A stretch of 63,884 nucleotides of DNA, the filler included, from Lenisia limosa (lineage: Eukaryota > Protista > Breviatea), in the NCBI GenBank assembly GCA_001655205.1. It is 6 parts of 6 records of this genome, joined end to end, with 100 filler letters (N's around TTAATTAATTAA, not from the genome) between each part and the next. Parts side by side here need not be neighbours in the genome. Positions count along the whole stretch, not along the records: positions 1 to 31,953 come from LPNZ01007241.1; positions 32,054 to 53,493 come from LPNZ01005915.1; 4 more parts are not named here. One strand, given 5' to 3'. Shown here one piece after another: positions 25,740-38,022 of the stretch. How positions within the stretch are numbered: position 1 is the first letter of the stretch; every line of letters begins with the position of its first letter. A model generated the notes under the pieces. It worked only from the letters and a program-made list of their open reading frames with translations. It was not told the DNA's origin and made no database searches. The position numbers and the translations under genes are program-made.

Positions 25740-28700
25740 AGGGCGCAAAACGGCGTCACTCTCGAACAGGCGCATCAATGAGGGGCGGTGGCGGCGGCAG
25801 CTGAAACGAAGTCATTGACGGAATGATGAAAAACAAATCATGCAGTCCGGATTGAACCACCCCCTTCGTACATAAAGTCCAGAGATGGACTTCCTCGGCT
25901 GCATGTTAGGCGGACGATACTCCGACGTTGATGGTCGCAGGGGGGTGGTTGAGGGCGGCGGCACGCGGAAGGGTGCTGAGCCATTATTAGAGGAGTTAGG
26001 GTAACGATCATCTTACGAGGGACATAAATGGGTGAATAGGATGTCAAGATATCACACCCCAAGCCAACCTGGAGCAGCCATAGAGGATGAAAACGACATT
26101 GGTCGTGGAGGGGAACGGTTGACCGGGGCAACGTTTTCAGGCTGAGACGAAAACTGTGTTGCAGCTGGGGGTGTAGGCAGACCTAAAGTGGATAAATGGG
26201 TTAAACCCCTGAAAGTTTCACCTTTATGACTATATAGGAAGTTGACACAAGAGTCGAGGCGCGACACATCACTGGAAAGCTCTCGAACTTTAGTCGAAAG
26301 TTCCGTGTAGCTACAATGTCGGAAGCTTGGGAAAAAAATCTCAATTGAGAAAAGAGAGCACAAGAATATTATTGTTTTAAAAAATACCCATAATTTAATA
26401 GAGTGGGGCTGTGAAGCGGGAGATCTATATATCCAATTTGAAACCAACTTTTGTTTTGAGGTGTCGTGAGTTTGCTGTACAAACAGTTCCAAATCGGCCA
26501 CTCGGTGATCAAGAGAAGAGTTGCCAACTGAAAGATGAGATGTAGTCATGCTTCACTTCGAAACAGAAAAGACGAGATGAATGTTGCCTCAATAGGGGCA
26601 AAATCAGCTGATAAAGCAGGTAGGCACATACGTCTGTTTTCTGGTGCGACGGGAGAGGGCGGCATTGGGTGGGGCGGAAGTGGGAAAGTGGTGTACAGTT
26701 CAGACGGGTTCTTTGCCCTGAGAGGAAAAGGTTAAACCAATAAACTGACTCAGACACAAAACACAAGAAAAGCATTGACAAAAAGGATAAAAGTTTCAGT
26801 TTCAATCATCAGATTATTCCATCCAACCAGTCAGCCAATAGTTCGCTCCACTTGGAGCTGGGTGCCTAATGGGTGAGCAAGCGGCAAAACCCCAATGAAC
26901 AACGATGGACTGAACATGATTGACAGCCCACCTCGGCCGCCATGACCTGAAGGAGCGCCACTGCTCTGCCTGCTGCTGATGTGGCCGTAGACATGGCCTT
27001 CTCTGCTGTCTGCAGCGCCGTCTGTGCCCTGACCGAATTGTCCTCGTCAGACCGCGAGAGCGACGCAAGCTGAACGGTTGAATTAAAAAACCCTCCGAAA
27101 AAGCTAGGTAAAACAAAAAATCGGTCAAAAATAAAGAAAAATAAATAAAACTAAAGTACCCTGCCTTCCCCGTCTCCGACGTCTGTACTACCAAGGGGAT
27201 TGCGTTCGCAGAGCGGACGGGATGCGCGATGACAACACAAAACCCCCTATTTCATTCTCGATGTACCCCCTCATTGTATAGAGACGACCCATTCCATTAT
27301 ATTTGGTGGAAACTAGACCAACAATGGCCTAATTGGTGACGAGTTACGCTCGAGATTTCAAATTCAACTTTTAAATGATTCTTTTATTGTGCTGTTTTCT
27401 TTATTTTTAGCAGAGGCAGCGTACCTTATGACCGAATCGTCGAATGGCCTGCTCAGTACTCGAGTGCGTTACGGCTTGGTCATGACCTGATTGTCAGCAA
27501 AAATAACATAGTTGATAGAACTGGGAAAGAACGGAATAAAATGTTTAAGTCTTAAGCCTACGTTCCATTGTTTGGGCTGTTCTCTGGTTGATAGCGGCAG
27601 TCATTTCCGTCAACTCCACCCGGGCCCTAGGGTGTAAAGCGGAAACGAGCCTCATGTTATTTCCACTTGTTCATTACTGTGAAGGGGGGGGGGGNNNNNN
27701 NNNNNNNNNNNNNNNNNNNNNNNNNNNNNNNNNNNNNNNNNNNNNNNNNNNNNNNNNNNNNNNNNNNNNNNNNNNNNNNNNNNNNNNNNNNNNNTCAGGG
27801 CTTGCAGAGAGTCTTGGGCTTCCCGTCGGAGGTCTTCTAGTTCTGAGTGTGAGAAAAGAACAGCAAACGAAATGAAAGTAATTAGCCGTACCTTTTAGTA
27901 TGAGATGGATTTTCCCTGACTGCTCTTGGATCCGACGGTCAACTTCCCTCTCGGCCTAAAGGAGTAAAGGACACTGCTACTGCCTTCACGCAAGCGACAA
28001 CGAGAAAAGGCGAACCTTTGCCATCATGGTGTGCGACACTTCCGCTGCGATTTTGGCCGACACCTTGGCCTCTATCCTCGTTTCTAGTGTGGCCACTAAA
28101 GCATCGAGATCGCCTGCAGGCTGCNNNNNNNNNNNNNNNNNNNNNNNNNNNNNNNNNNNNNNNNNNNNNNNNNNNNNNNNNNNNNNNNNNNNNNNNNNNN
28201 NNNNNNNNNNNNNNNNNNNNNNNNNNNNNNNNNNNNNNNNNNNNNNNNNNNNNNNNNNNNNNNNNNNNNNNNNNNNNNNNCTGAGCGGTAAATGTGTCTT
28301 ATATTGGCGATTTTGGTACAAGACACCTCTAATGCCTGCCATACTTTGCATAATTTCAACCCACATTTGAACTTCTTCGTCCCTCAAATGCGATGATCGT
28401 CGTCTCTCTGACCGCCTGAAAGTTGGAGGGGTGTGGGAGGTGTCAATATGAAATGTACGTTAAAAATGAAATAATAAGGGAAACCATATCAGTCAAAAAA
28501 AAAACACAACATTCTATAGTATTACATGTAGTGTATTGTTTATTAATACAGAAAGTAGATAAAGATCATATCATATGGTATAATATAATGTTATTAGAAA
28601 TGAAAGGCAGAGAAGGCCTACTGGTGACGGCTTGGTGACCTTGACGAGTGCCTCCTCTCTGGCCTGGGGCGGTGAGGGGAGTATGAGGCAACTCTATGGC

Positions 28701-31700
28701 TAAGCATCAAACACACAGGGGAAAAGAGATGTGATTGTGTACTGGATAGCAAAACAACCAATATTACTATTTCAAACGAAGGATAACACGTGACCTGTTT
28801 GAAGAGAAACATCTGTCACTCAACCCCCTTCCAAACCTCGACTGACTTCTGGAGCGACTTCGTCTCCTGTCATTTATATCATTTCGGTCACGATGTCTTT
28901 TATCTCTTCTTTCATCCCTTGAGCCCCGTCGATCACCCCGAAGCGGCTTTGCCTCATACCGACTCTCGTGGTGCGTCCCAGCCTCCCTACCACGTTATAT
29001 GCCATACAAGATAACGAGAAACATGCATTATTAATACATGGAAAGGAGTTGCTTTGCTGAAGGTGCAAAATCAGATACTAGCTATGATATAGTATATTGT
29101 ATATATATACATATCATATAGTATATAGTGTACACTATACTATATCATCTGTATCATACATATATAGTACATGTATATCCGAAGAGAGTCCAAATAAGGT
29201 AACCCAAAGCTTACGAAGTTTGCGGGGAAGGTGTGTTGTCCCACTAAAAAGTAAACATAGCTTGGTGACGGATTCAGTTATTGTCCCAAAAACAAAAGAT
29301 AGATGTAATAGAAAAGTACGTAAAGGTGAACAAACCTCATTGTAAAGAGGTTGCTCCTCCCAATTCGGAGTGGAGTCATAGGGCACGGTTTGATACGGCA
29401 AACTCGAATACGTCATCGGCGAGGCCTGGAGTTAATGGGGAGGGGGTGAAAACGCATTGAATATCTTGAGTTAATAACATATTACTGGAGAACTGTAATA
29501 ACACCCCTGCAATACCTGTCCTAAAGATCGCATGGAAGACTCAAGACTACAAACCATCAGAAAAGAAGAAATGAAACACAATATTTGGTTGATGAGGAGC
29601 AATTATGGATTGGAACATAGGACATAATACTCACTTTGGCTCGTTCATGAAGGCGTGGGCACCAACATTGCCGTGTTGGCCAATTGTGGGTAAGGTGGTA
29701 TGGAACTGGAGCGGGCGGCATGAGTTATTCGCAATCACAGATGCTGCTCGGGCCTGGAGGTCATGACAGTGCTCAATATCATATACATAGCTATACATAT
29801 CATTTGATATATCATATGTAAACAAAACAAAACAAAACAAAAAAAAAAACAAACCTGCGCTCTATGCAGGTCTTGAATGATGGTTCTCATTTCGAGTGAA
29901 ACCGAGTTTTGCTGCTGTTGTCCTTCCGCTACATTCTGAGGCGTTAGCAGATCGGTAAAAGGGCTGAATAAGTATCAAAATAATGAGGATTAGGATTAGA
30001 TAGCCATAATCTCAATATGAATAGAATGAAAATTAGCGAAATAAAAGGTACATGTGTGTACCAGAGGCCCCACTTCCATAACAGAGGCTAAGACTTCCAC
30101 ATCTTGCTTCAGCTTGGGGACGTCTTCTTTATGGTCCGCTAAAACAGCCTCAGCTGCGTCAGCCTTCCGCTTCGTCTCGTTTCTGCTCAAGTCACAATTC
30201 TGCGTGCAACTCATCTTATAGAACCCCTCTGTTTGTATTATTATTCCAGTTTGCACCCTGCATACAAAACATTTTCAACTTCGTCAAAGTGCGGATCCAC
30301 CTTATTCAAAGCATCAGCAACGATCTGCAAATAAGTTTATTACTCAAAAAATAATATGAAAATATAGCCAAATAACAAAAACAAATATACTATCATAAAC
30401 ACATGGTAGAATAATTACCCCCCCACTTGCAGGTGGTTGTCATGTGTAGAAGCCCGGGTTTCAAGGACATGTACCCTGCTCAAAAGGGCGGCCATTTGGT
30501 TGACCATGCCACCAGAGCTGAAACTTGCCGCATTAGGCAACTGAGCTGTGGGTGTGTTATCTGTCAAAAGAGCGGACGTAATAGGAAGGGTCATCATTTC
30601 CGCAGCAGGAGCCGTGTTTCCAGCTCCGATAGCCAAATCCGTGAGAGTTGTTGGGCGTGATTGTGTGTTAAGCGTGGCAATTGGCTCGGTTTCAGGCTCG
30701 GAGTCACTTGTCACTTTAGTTGGCTTGTTCTTTCGCTTTCGATGTTCGCGTGCTTCCTTCCTTCTTTCTACCTCCTTCTTCTCCTAATACGTGAGAGTGG
30801 ACACAAATAATATGGCTTAAAGTGACACATAGGGCAAAATGTCAATATTTATCGAAAGTTTGAACACTATTCGAATAGTGAAAGGCCATCATTGATGAAA
30901 TAAAAAGGGGTTCAAACCTTACGCAGTTGCCTCTCTTCTCGCATTTCTTCCTTTTTCTTTGCCTTCTTTTCTTCCTCTCTCTTCCTTAACTCCTCTCTTT
31001 CCTCCTCGCTATCCACACTCTCTTCACTATCCTCACTATCCGAGCATTCAGGGCTCATGGTGGTGTGTGGAGCTTCAACCGGATCCTCCTCTTCCAATTG
31101 CGGTGGCGACAGGTCTACAGAATCAGCAATTATGAGAAATAACTCAGCAAAAACCTGCTTGAAAACTCCCCCCGAAAACTGAAAGCTATAGTGCCTGCGC
31201 CTCCCCCACCCTTCCTCTCCTTCCTCCCCTTGGACTGTCTCGACGCCATGGACGCGGTGCTGCGAGACGCTGCCATGTTGTTGGCCTGGAAAATGGATTC
31301 AAATGCGATGCGTGGCCGGTTCAGCCGCAGTGACCGTCGCGGTTGTGACTGCGGAGTAAAGGCTTGTTAACAAGACAGGGCAAAATATGATACAATCATA
31401 AGTTCTTCCCAAGTCATCACTACAATCAAGCTTTACTGCAGTACTCCAAGATCAAGATCGCACCTCTACGTTGGGAGTGGCGATGGACTCTGCGGCGCCA
31501 TGGCTGCTGAACTCGTCAAGGAAGGCCCCGGGTCTGCCCTGCGCAATTGACGGCGTCGAGTATGTGGAGGGCGTCGGTGATGGTGGCGGATTCTGTAATA
31601 GTGTTACTCGACCGGATTGAAATGGAGAAACATTTAAAATACCAAAATGACAACCACGAGGAGCATATTTAGGTTAAAAAAGACCGGAATGTTTCATTGT

Positions 31701-31953
31701 GCCAGTGGTGTCAACATTGGCCTACCCTGGCTGAGAGTTGTGGCGGTGGTGGTGGCGGTGAATTATCCATGGGAGGTGAGGGCTACAGCAGTAAACAATC
31801 TGTAAGGCTACATTCACTGATCACTAAATATGGTTTTCGATAATTCCCCAACAGGAACTCACAAAATGGTTTTAACCAGTTTCTTCAGTTCAAAATGAAG
31901 GCCCTACACTAACCGTAGCAGAAGGGGGTGGCGGTGGAGGGAGGGTACTGAAA
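25740..31953 (-). CDS. Hypothetical long multi-exon protein (Pro-rich, E/K coiled coil, RS-rich segment); 5' partial
   Basis: In-frame exon chain: PPPPPQLSAR, FTPQSQPRRSLRLNRPRIAFESIFQANNMAAS, EEEREELRKREEEKKAKKK, DRRGSRDERRDKRHRDR...RRRSRSRSQS, LDALVATLETRIEAKV, SLDHRVADLELFVQQ. Could be two genes. Confidence 0.5.
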
Positions 31954-32053
31954 NNNNNNNNNNNNNNNNNNNNNNNNNNNNNNNNNNNNNNNNNNNNTTA
32001 ATTAATTAANNNNNNNNNNNNNNNNNNNNNNNNNNNNNNNNNNNNNNNNNNNN
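31954..32053. other. Artificial contig-joining linker (44N-TTAATTAATTAA-44N)
   Basis: Exact 100-nt pattern with stops in all six frames; recurs five times in the window. Confidence 0.97.
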
Positions 32054-32200
32054 CCCCCCCCCCCCTCCTCCTTCTGCTCCTCTTTGTCCTTTTTCTGTGA
32101 TGATTAACGATTACTTTGTACTGATATATGTTTTGCTGTTCTCTATTTCTAAGTTTATCATTTGATAAACGTTTGTTGCACTATCTTAATCCCTACCCAG

Positions 32201-33224
32201 GTATGCCTTGCCGATTTTGGTATGTCGCGGACAATCGGGTCACCGGACAGAGCGTTGACGACGCAAGTCTGCACGCGCTGGTACCGCGCACCTGAGGTCC
32301 TACTAGGCTCCAAGCACTACGGTTGGAGGAGAAAACGGAGCAATTGTTTCACTGAAACAACAGAATATTGTTTGTACTTCTTTTTTTTTTGGGGGGGGGG
32401 GGAATCTTCTGGTGCAACNNNNNNNNNNNNNNNNNNNNNNNNNNNNNNNNNNNNNNNNNNNNNNNNNNNNNNNNNNNNNNNNNNNNNNNNNNNNNNNNNT
32501 GGGATGCGTGTTGGCTGAATTGGTCTCTGGAAAGGCCCCCTTCCTAGGGGATGGACAAATCTCAATGCTCTCGAGAATATTCGAGGTGAGAGGGGTCTCT
32601 TTTGGATGTCATTTTCCTCCCAAAAGATAAGATTTTCTCAAAGTACAATCCCATTTGATACTTATTTACTGAATGCTTCCCTCTCACCAGGTTTTGGGTG
32701 TGCCAACAGAGGAAAATTGGCCCGGAGTCACGGACCTCCCGGACTATATTCCATTCAAGCTCGACCAGGCGTCCGGGCTCTCAGCCATGTGGGAGGGGCA
32801 CCACATCTGGCTTTTATTGAGATGGTTCATTGTTTCAGTTAAACCGTATGAGTGACCCGCTCCTTCGTGGAATAATTTCTTTCAAATGAGTCCGTTATTG
32901 ATACTCTGTAGATTACCGACAGCCTCACCAATGCTTCTCGATCTTCTCAAGAAAATGTTGAGTCTGGACCCCAATCTCAGGTGGGTCAAGTTTATACATC
33001 CTCTCTGTTTTCTCTCGTCCATCTTTGCAAACACATTTTGTGCCGACTTAACTGACTTCTGCAGACCCTCAGCCGAGGAGTGCCTGCAACACCCATGGTT
33101 CCGAGAACATCCCGTCGCGGCCCCGCCCTCCGCCCTTGTCCCCAAGCCCAAGCGTCCTGAAAGCCCGGAACCGGAACCGGTAGGACTCATGGACAAGTTT
33201 TTGGATAACAAGGGAGCTGCATAG
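32201..33224 (+). CDS. CDK7: Cyclin-dependent kinase, CDK7/CAK-like (5' partial)
   Basis: [39 protein letters not shown]; [10 protein letters not shown]; [23 protein letters not shown]; [13 protein letters not shown]; [11 protein letters not shown]. The T-loop ([14 protein letters not shown]) and LPDY.xFK resemble CDK7. The kinase call is firm, the subfamily less so. Confidence 0.7.
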
Positions 33225-33591
33225 GAGAAGCTTTTAATTAGCCCCACTTTATTTTCCAAAAAAGCTTCAATTTTTGGTTTTGAGTGACTTCATTATGACT
33301 GATTATCACCGAAAAACTGAGATTGAACCACGGACTGAAAAGACTTTTGTATTTTTGATTATATTTAGCGCTTATTGTTTTAGGTAAGGGCTCGGAAATT
33401 GTTTGATACCGACGATGACGAGGCAAATACCTATTTACCATTCTAAGTGAGGATGTCTCTTTTTCTTCAGGTCTTCTTAATGTACTTCTAAATGTACTTT
33501 TCTTTTCCCCTTTCAATAAGCAGCATTGGTGGGTCATTAATCTGATAGTAGAATCAGAATTCATGCTATGCACGACAAGAGATAAAACAAA

Positions 33592-36500
33592 TTAAAAGAA
33601 ACTGGAAAGGCTATACGCCAGCCCCGAAAGGACCAGGTACACACTGAAGCTCAAGATACCAACACACCTGCATATGTGTGAATGGACCAATCGGTATAGA
33701 TATTTACAAAAGTTTCCAAGTTAAATAAACGAAAACAATCTTCGTTCCTACTTGATAGCAAAAGGGTCACGATGCCATGGAACGCTGTCCTTAAGAGGTC
33801 TAATCTAGCAATGTGAGAAACTGACAAAAAACAACTCGACATAAGGATTAGAAGACCCACCTTAAGGGCCATGCTGCAAGGCATGATGAAAACAACAAGG
33901 GGGGCCGACACTGAACCCAAAAGGCCAATCACCGCCAAAATGTCTGCACAAGTGAGAACAGCCTCCTTCAAACCCAAACAAGTCTGAACATACATATCAT
34001 TATAAGGTCGTAGTATTGTAGTATTTGAATTGAAATATCTGGCATTAGGATTCTGCTATGTTATGTATTGTAATCAGGCCGTACCAGAAAGAAACAGTCC
34101 GCAGAAAACTGACACATAGAACACAATACAGGCAAACACCACATTCGTCTTCCGGCTGGGAGCACTCTAAACGGGGTGGGGTTACGCATTGGAAAACAAA
34201 GAGATGTTTTGTTGGGTTAACAATGAGGAAGATTCGTGTGCATAGTGAAACGTGACACAATGTGCGATAGGTCTCTTCCGCTCACGTCATTGCCATAGAC
34301 GATGCCAAGCCAAACTTGTTTGCAAGCAAAAATGTAGAGGGGGAAGGAAAGAGCCACGGTGATCATCATGGCGAAGGCGGCACAGAACATAATCCCTGGA
34401 GGATGGCAATGTTAAAAAGACTCATGAGATGCAGCAATTGTTGGGGTAATGTGAAATAGTGTTACTCCAAAAGAGATTCCAATGCAATTAGATATCATAT
34501 ATTTTTTTTTGCCTGGAACTTATTGTATTATTTAAATATCCCAGATTGATTGCATACCATATAAAAAAAATCATTACTATATGCATATATTTTCAAAATG
34601 AGAAAATAGGGATAATTCAGAACACTACCCACATCTTTGAGAAATCCAACGGTCCTCACTATCATCAGTATACGCGTTCAAGACGTTACCCTGGGTGGAG
34701 GGTGAATGGGTATTGGTGAAAAGGTACTAATCATAGAAATTAAATTATCGAAATACATGATCTTCGTGGAGACAAAGTAATGAAAAATATCACAATAGCC
34801 AATATTCACTGCAAACAAACCGGGATATTGCGGCGTAGTCTTAGGTATCCAAAAACTCCCAGCAGAATGTACTGAAATGTCAAAAAATGCCAGATTAGAC
34901 TTACAGTACAACAAATTATGAATGCAAATTTCAATATAGATTCAGGATTAAAGCTCCAAACCGTGAAGAAAAACTTACCATTGAGAACACGCTGCCAAAG
35001 GATCTCTGGACCACTTTCTTCATTTTGGAAAGGCGACTGTTACGCATTTCATTGTAGATGGGGAAGAGAATAATATGACCTGGGTGTGTCATGAATTGCT
35101 TTGACCAAGGATAACAAAGGTGATGTCACCCCTACAAACCCTGGAAGGAGAAAATGGCGATGGGTAGAGACTGGAAGATGCTCATGGAGGGCTTGAACAG
35201 GTAAACTGGCTCAGGGTCGTCCGGACCTGAAATGTCACATGGCAGGCAAGCGGTAACGTGCGCGTGCGAAATAGAGACTTTTTTTGAACATATCCTGTGA
35301 CCCACCGGAATCAAACATGTATCTGATGGAGTCCTGGAGCATGCAGATCACAACAAAGCCGACCAAGCAAATCGAGAGAATTGAAGTAAAACGAAGACTG
35401 TTCATATTGGGCATGAGTGCAAGCGGGAACACCAGGAACTGACCTATACCATCAGAAGCTGACATGATACACAGTGGTATTATATGATATGTATTTCATT
35501 CAACCAACACAACACCTTCCCCACAAAGAAGGAACTTGATAAGCATTGGGGAATTAATGTTGAAGAGTGAAGCAGCCAAGTTGTCACCAAAATCGCCCAT
35601 AATGATCGTAAAGGCAATGCACAGCAAAAAAAGGGCGAATCCCTACGGTATTAGATAAATGCAGGGAATCAGAGGGTCTATCTTAAACATAATTCCATAC
35701 CTGGCTCATATCAAAGACACGACGACCAGGTGTGCCAAAGATTTTCTCCATGACAGCCGAGTATGTAGCCACTCCTGAGGGGTCAACCATCTCAAGATCC
35801 AGATAACAAATAATACAGCATATGGATCATGGTCAGTCATGTTAGGATAAGATGACCAACCTCCAGAAAGCTCATTGATCTGCATTAAGATGGATGCAGT
35901 GTATGTCAGCATTACGCAGGCAAACAGCGAAATCAGAAACTGGAGAACAATTCCTTGCCTGAATGCTGTCATACATCCAAGTTTCAGTCCATGGTAGTCT
36001 TATCGCTAACAAACCAGAAAAATATCCCCTCTAATGTTACTCAACTATGATTAGTCCCAAGTTATAACATACCGTTCAATGAGGTTAGGGTAGGTGAGAA
36101 TCGACACACCAATCTGGAGCCATTAGTCTATGAAACTGTTTGATATATGCAATCTCTTCCGCCAATAGCAAATAGGGATGGCTTGTCAAAGTAACGCTTC
36201 TCACGATGAAATTGGCAGAGTTGAAAGAGGATGAAAGGAGACTGCTTCCAGGAGCCTTGCCCTGAGGCTTCGTGGCATCTTTAGACACGTCCTTTTGGAC
36301 TGACAAGGTGAGTAAAGCCCAGTTCAGTTCATTATTATGACAACAATGAGAAGAATGTCTGGTTCGGAAGAGATATTAATTATGGCTTATGAAAATCGGT
36401 TATTTTCACAACAATTAAAAGAAGTCGAACCACATACCCGTGGGGATGATGATTTCAATTTCCTTATCCGATGTGCCATCATCTGAGCTGTCAGCAAAAC

Positions 36501-37825
36501 ATCAATGCTTGTCCCCTTGAATCCTTGAGGAAATTTTTCAATTATCTGTGCATATTTCAGCTTAGTGCCCTCTTCGGCCTACCTCTGGGCTTGGCCGCGG
36601 CAGGGATAAGGTGGTCGGTTGAGCACATGGACGACATTGAGGACTGCGATGATAGGGAATCCGTACTCACTGCGTTGAATAATAAATACTGGCTCACCGC
36701 ACAAGGTTAGAAAATGCAAAATGTTTGATCGGAAGAAGAGTAACAAATAAATTACAGTCAAGCCAAACTGTACGTATGATATATATTTAGCATTCTAACT
36801 CATAATAATGTTGTAGGAGTTCAACTCCCAAACCTGAGCGCGGAATTTGCATATTCGTCATTACACCTTCTACAGCAATAAAAAGGTGTCCAGGATAATG
36901 TTAGATCCGCTTCAAAGGAAATATAAGAAATACTATGATATAATGTAGTAGTATAATAGTAACTATGATATATGATACATAATATGATAAATTCAAACAA
37001 AATCGTAATCAAAACGGCACTACTAGTTCAAACTCAATTGTTTGAGAATTTGCAATTAGCTCGTACCGGGATAATCTGCAGGAAGAGGGGGAGGGGAGGT
37101 GCCCATTACACGAGGGAAGGGTCGAGTAATCTCGGCATAATTCACTAAATAGTGAAGCCCAAAAAAGAAAGAAAACCAGACACAGTAGAGTAATTAATTA
37201 TTCCATGACAATGATGGAATTCCAATCTTTCTATCAGTTAATTTCTCTACCCTCCATATTCAACCTCAGCATTGTTAGCTATCACAAAAACTATAGTAAA
37301 ATCTTTTTTTTGATGCTATTCGCCCCCGATAGCAGAAACAGATAGTCGCGGCCTGATAATAATCACACAACCTCCAGGCTATTCCGGCAGGTGACAGTGG
37401 GCAATGAAAAAACACTCTGATATCCCGCGAAGAATGATAAAAAACGCAACAAACTCTCATCATCATCGGAGCTTGGCGGTTCAAACCCGCTTCTCTTGAT
37501 TGGGGAGGTGCCAAGAAGCTGTGGGCGGGGTCGGAGAGGGGCCACCTGGGCATCGCCTATAGAAGGTGGTGAGGAAGCCGAAATAACAAGGTTCAAAGAC
37601 GGATTCAATACCTAACTGTATACTTTATTTTAATTAAGAATGAAGGAGAGTTGGGGATGTACAGCACACATGCTCTTCTCGAATGTAATGCAGAAATAGC
37701 TTACCCAAGTCTTCTGGTTGTTGGAATGAGGCTGAATCATTAACATGTATATTAGGGGCCTCTAAACCCCCGATTTTAGTGGGACTGTCGTGAACTGGAT
37801 GAAGAGTTTCCGGCTTATTGTTCAT
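33592..37825 (-). CDS. Amino-acid transporter, SLC38/AVT (Aa_trans) family, paralogue A
   Basis: PGSSLLSSSFNSANFIV, GIVLQFLISLFACVMLTYTASILMQ, VFPLALMPNMNSLRFTSILS, LPIAIFSFQGHIILFPIYNEMRN, ADILAVIGLLGSVSAPLVVFIMPC. Ends ...AYSLSSFF*; exon structure is colinear with paralogue B. Confidence 0.88.
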
Positions 37826-38022
37826 TAAGCCAACTTATCAATGAATATAGATAGATGTGAAGATATCAGCTGACAATAAAGTCAATCTAGAACAAGGATT
37901 CAACTAAGAGTCGAGAGGAACTGTGAAGAGGAACTGCAGGCAAATAGATGTAAAAGCTGCAAGCTGATAAGGTGTATATATCTAGAAGTTATATTACAAC
38001 ACTATCGGGGAGAGGGAATCTG

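Noticed and set aside
29085-29175. Recurring ATATC/ATATG-rich patches in many introns (also ~4850, 10870, 36950, 39400, 46400, 51150)
   Set aside because: Low-complexity simple repeats with no conserved boundaries.
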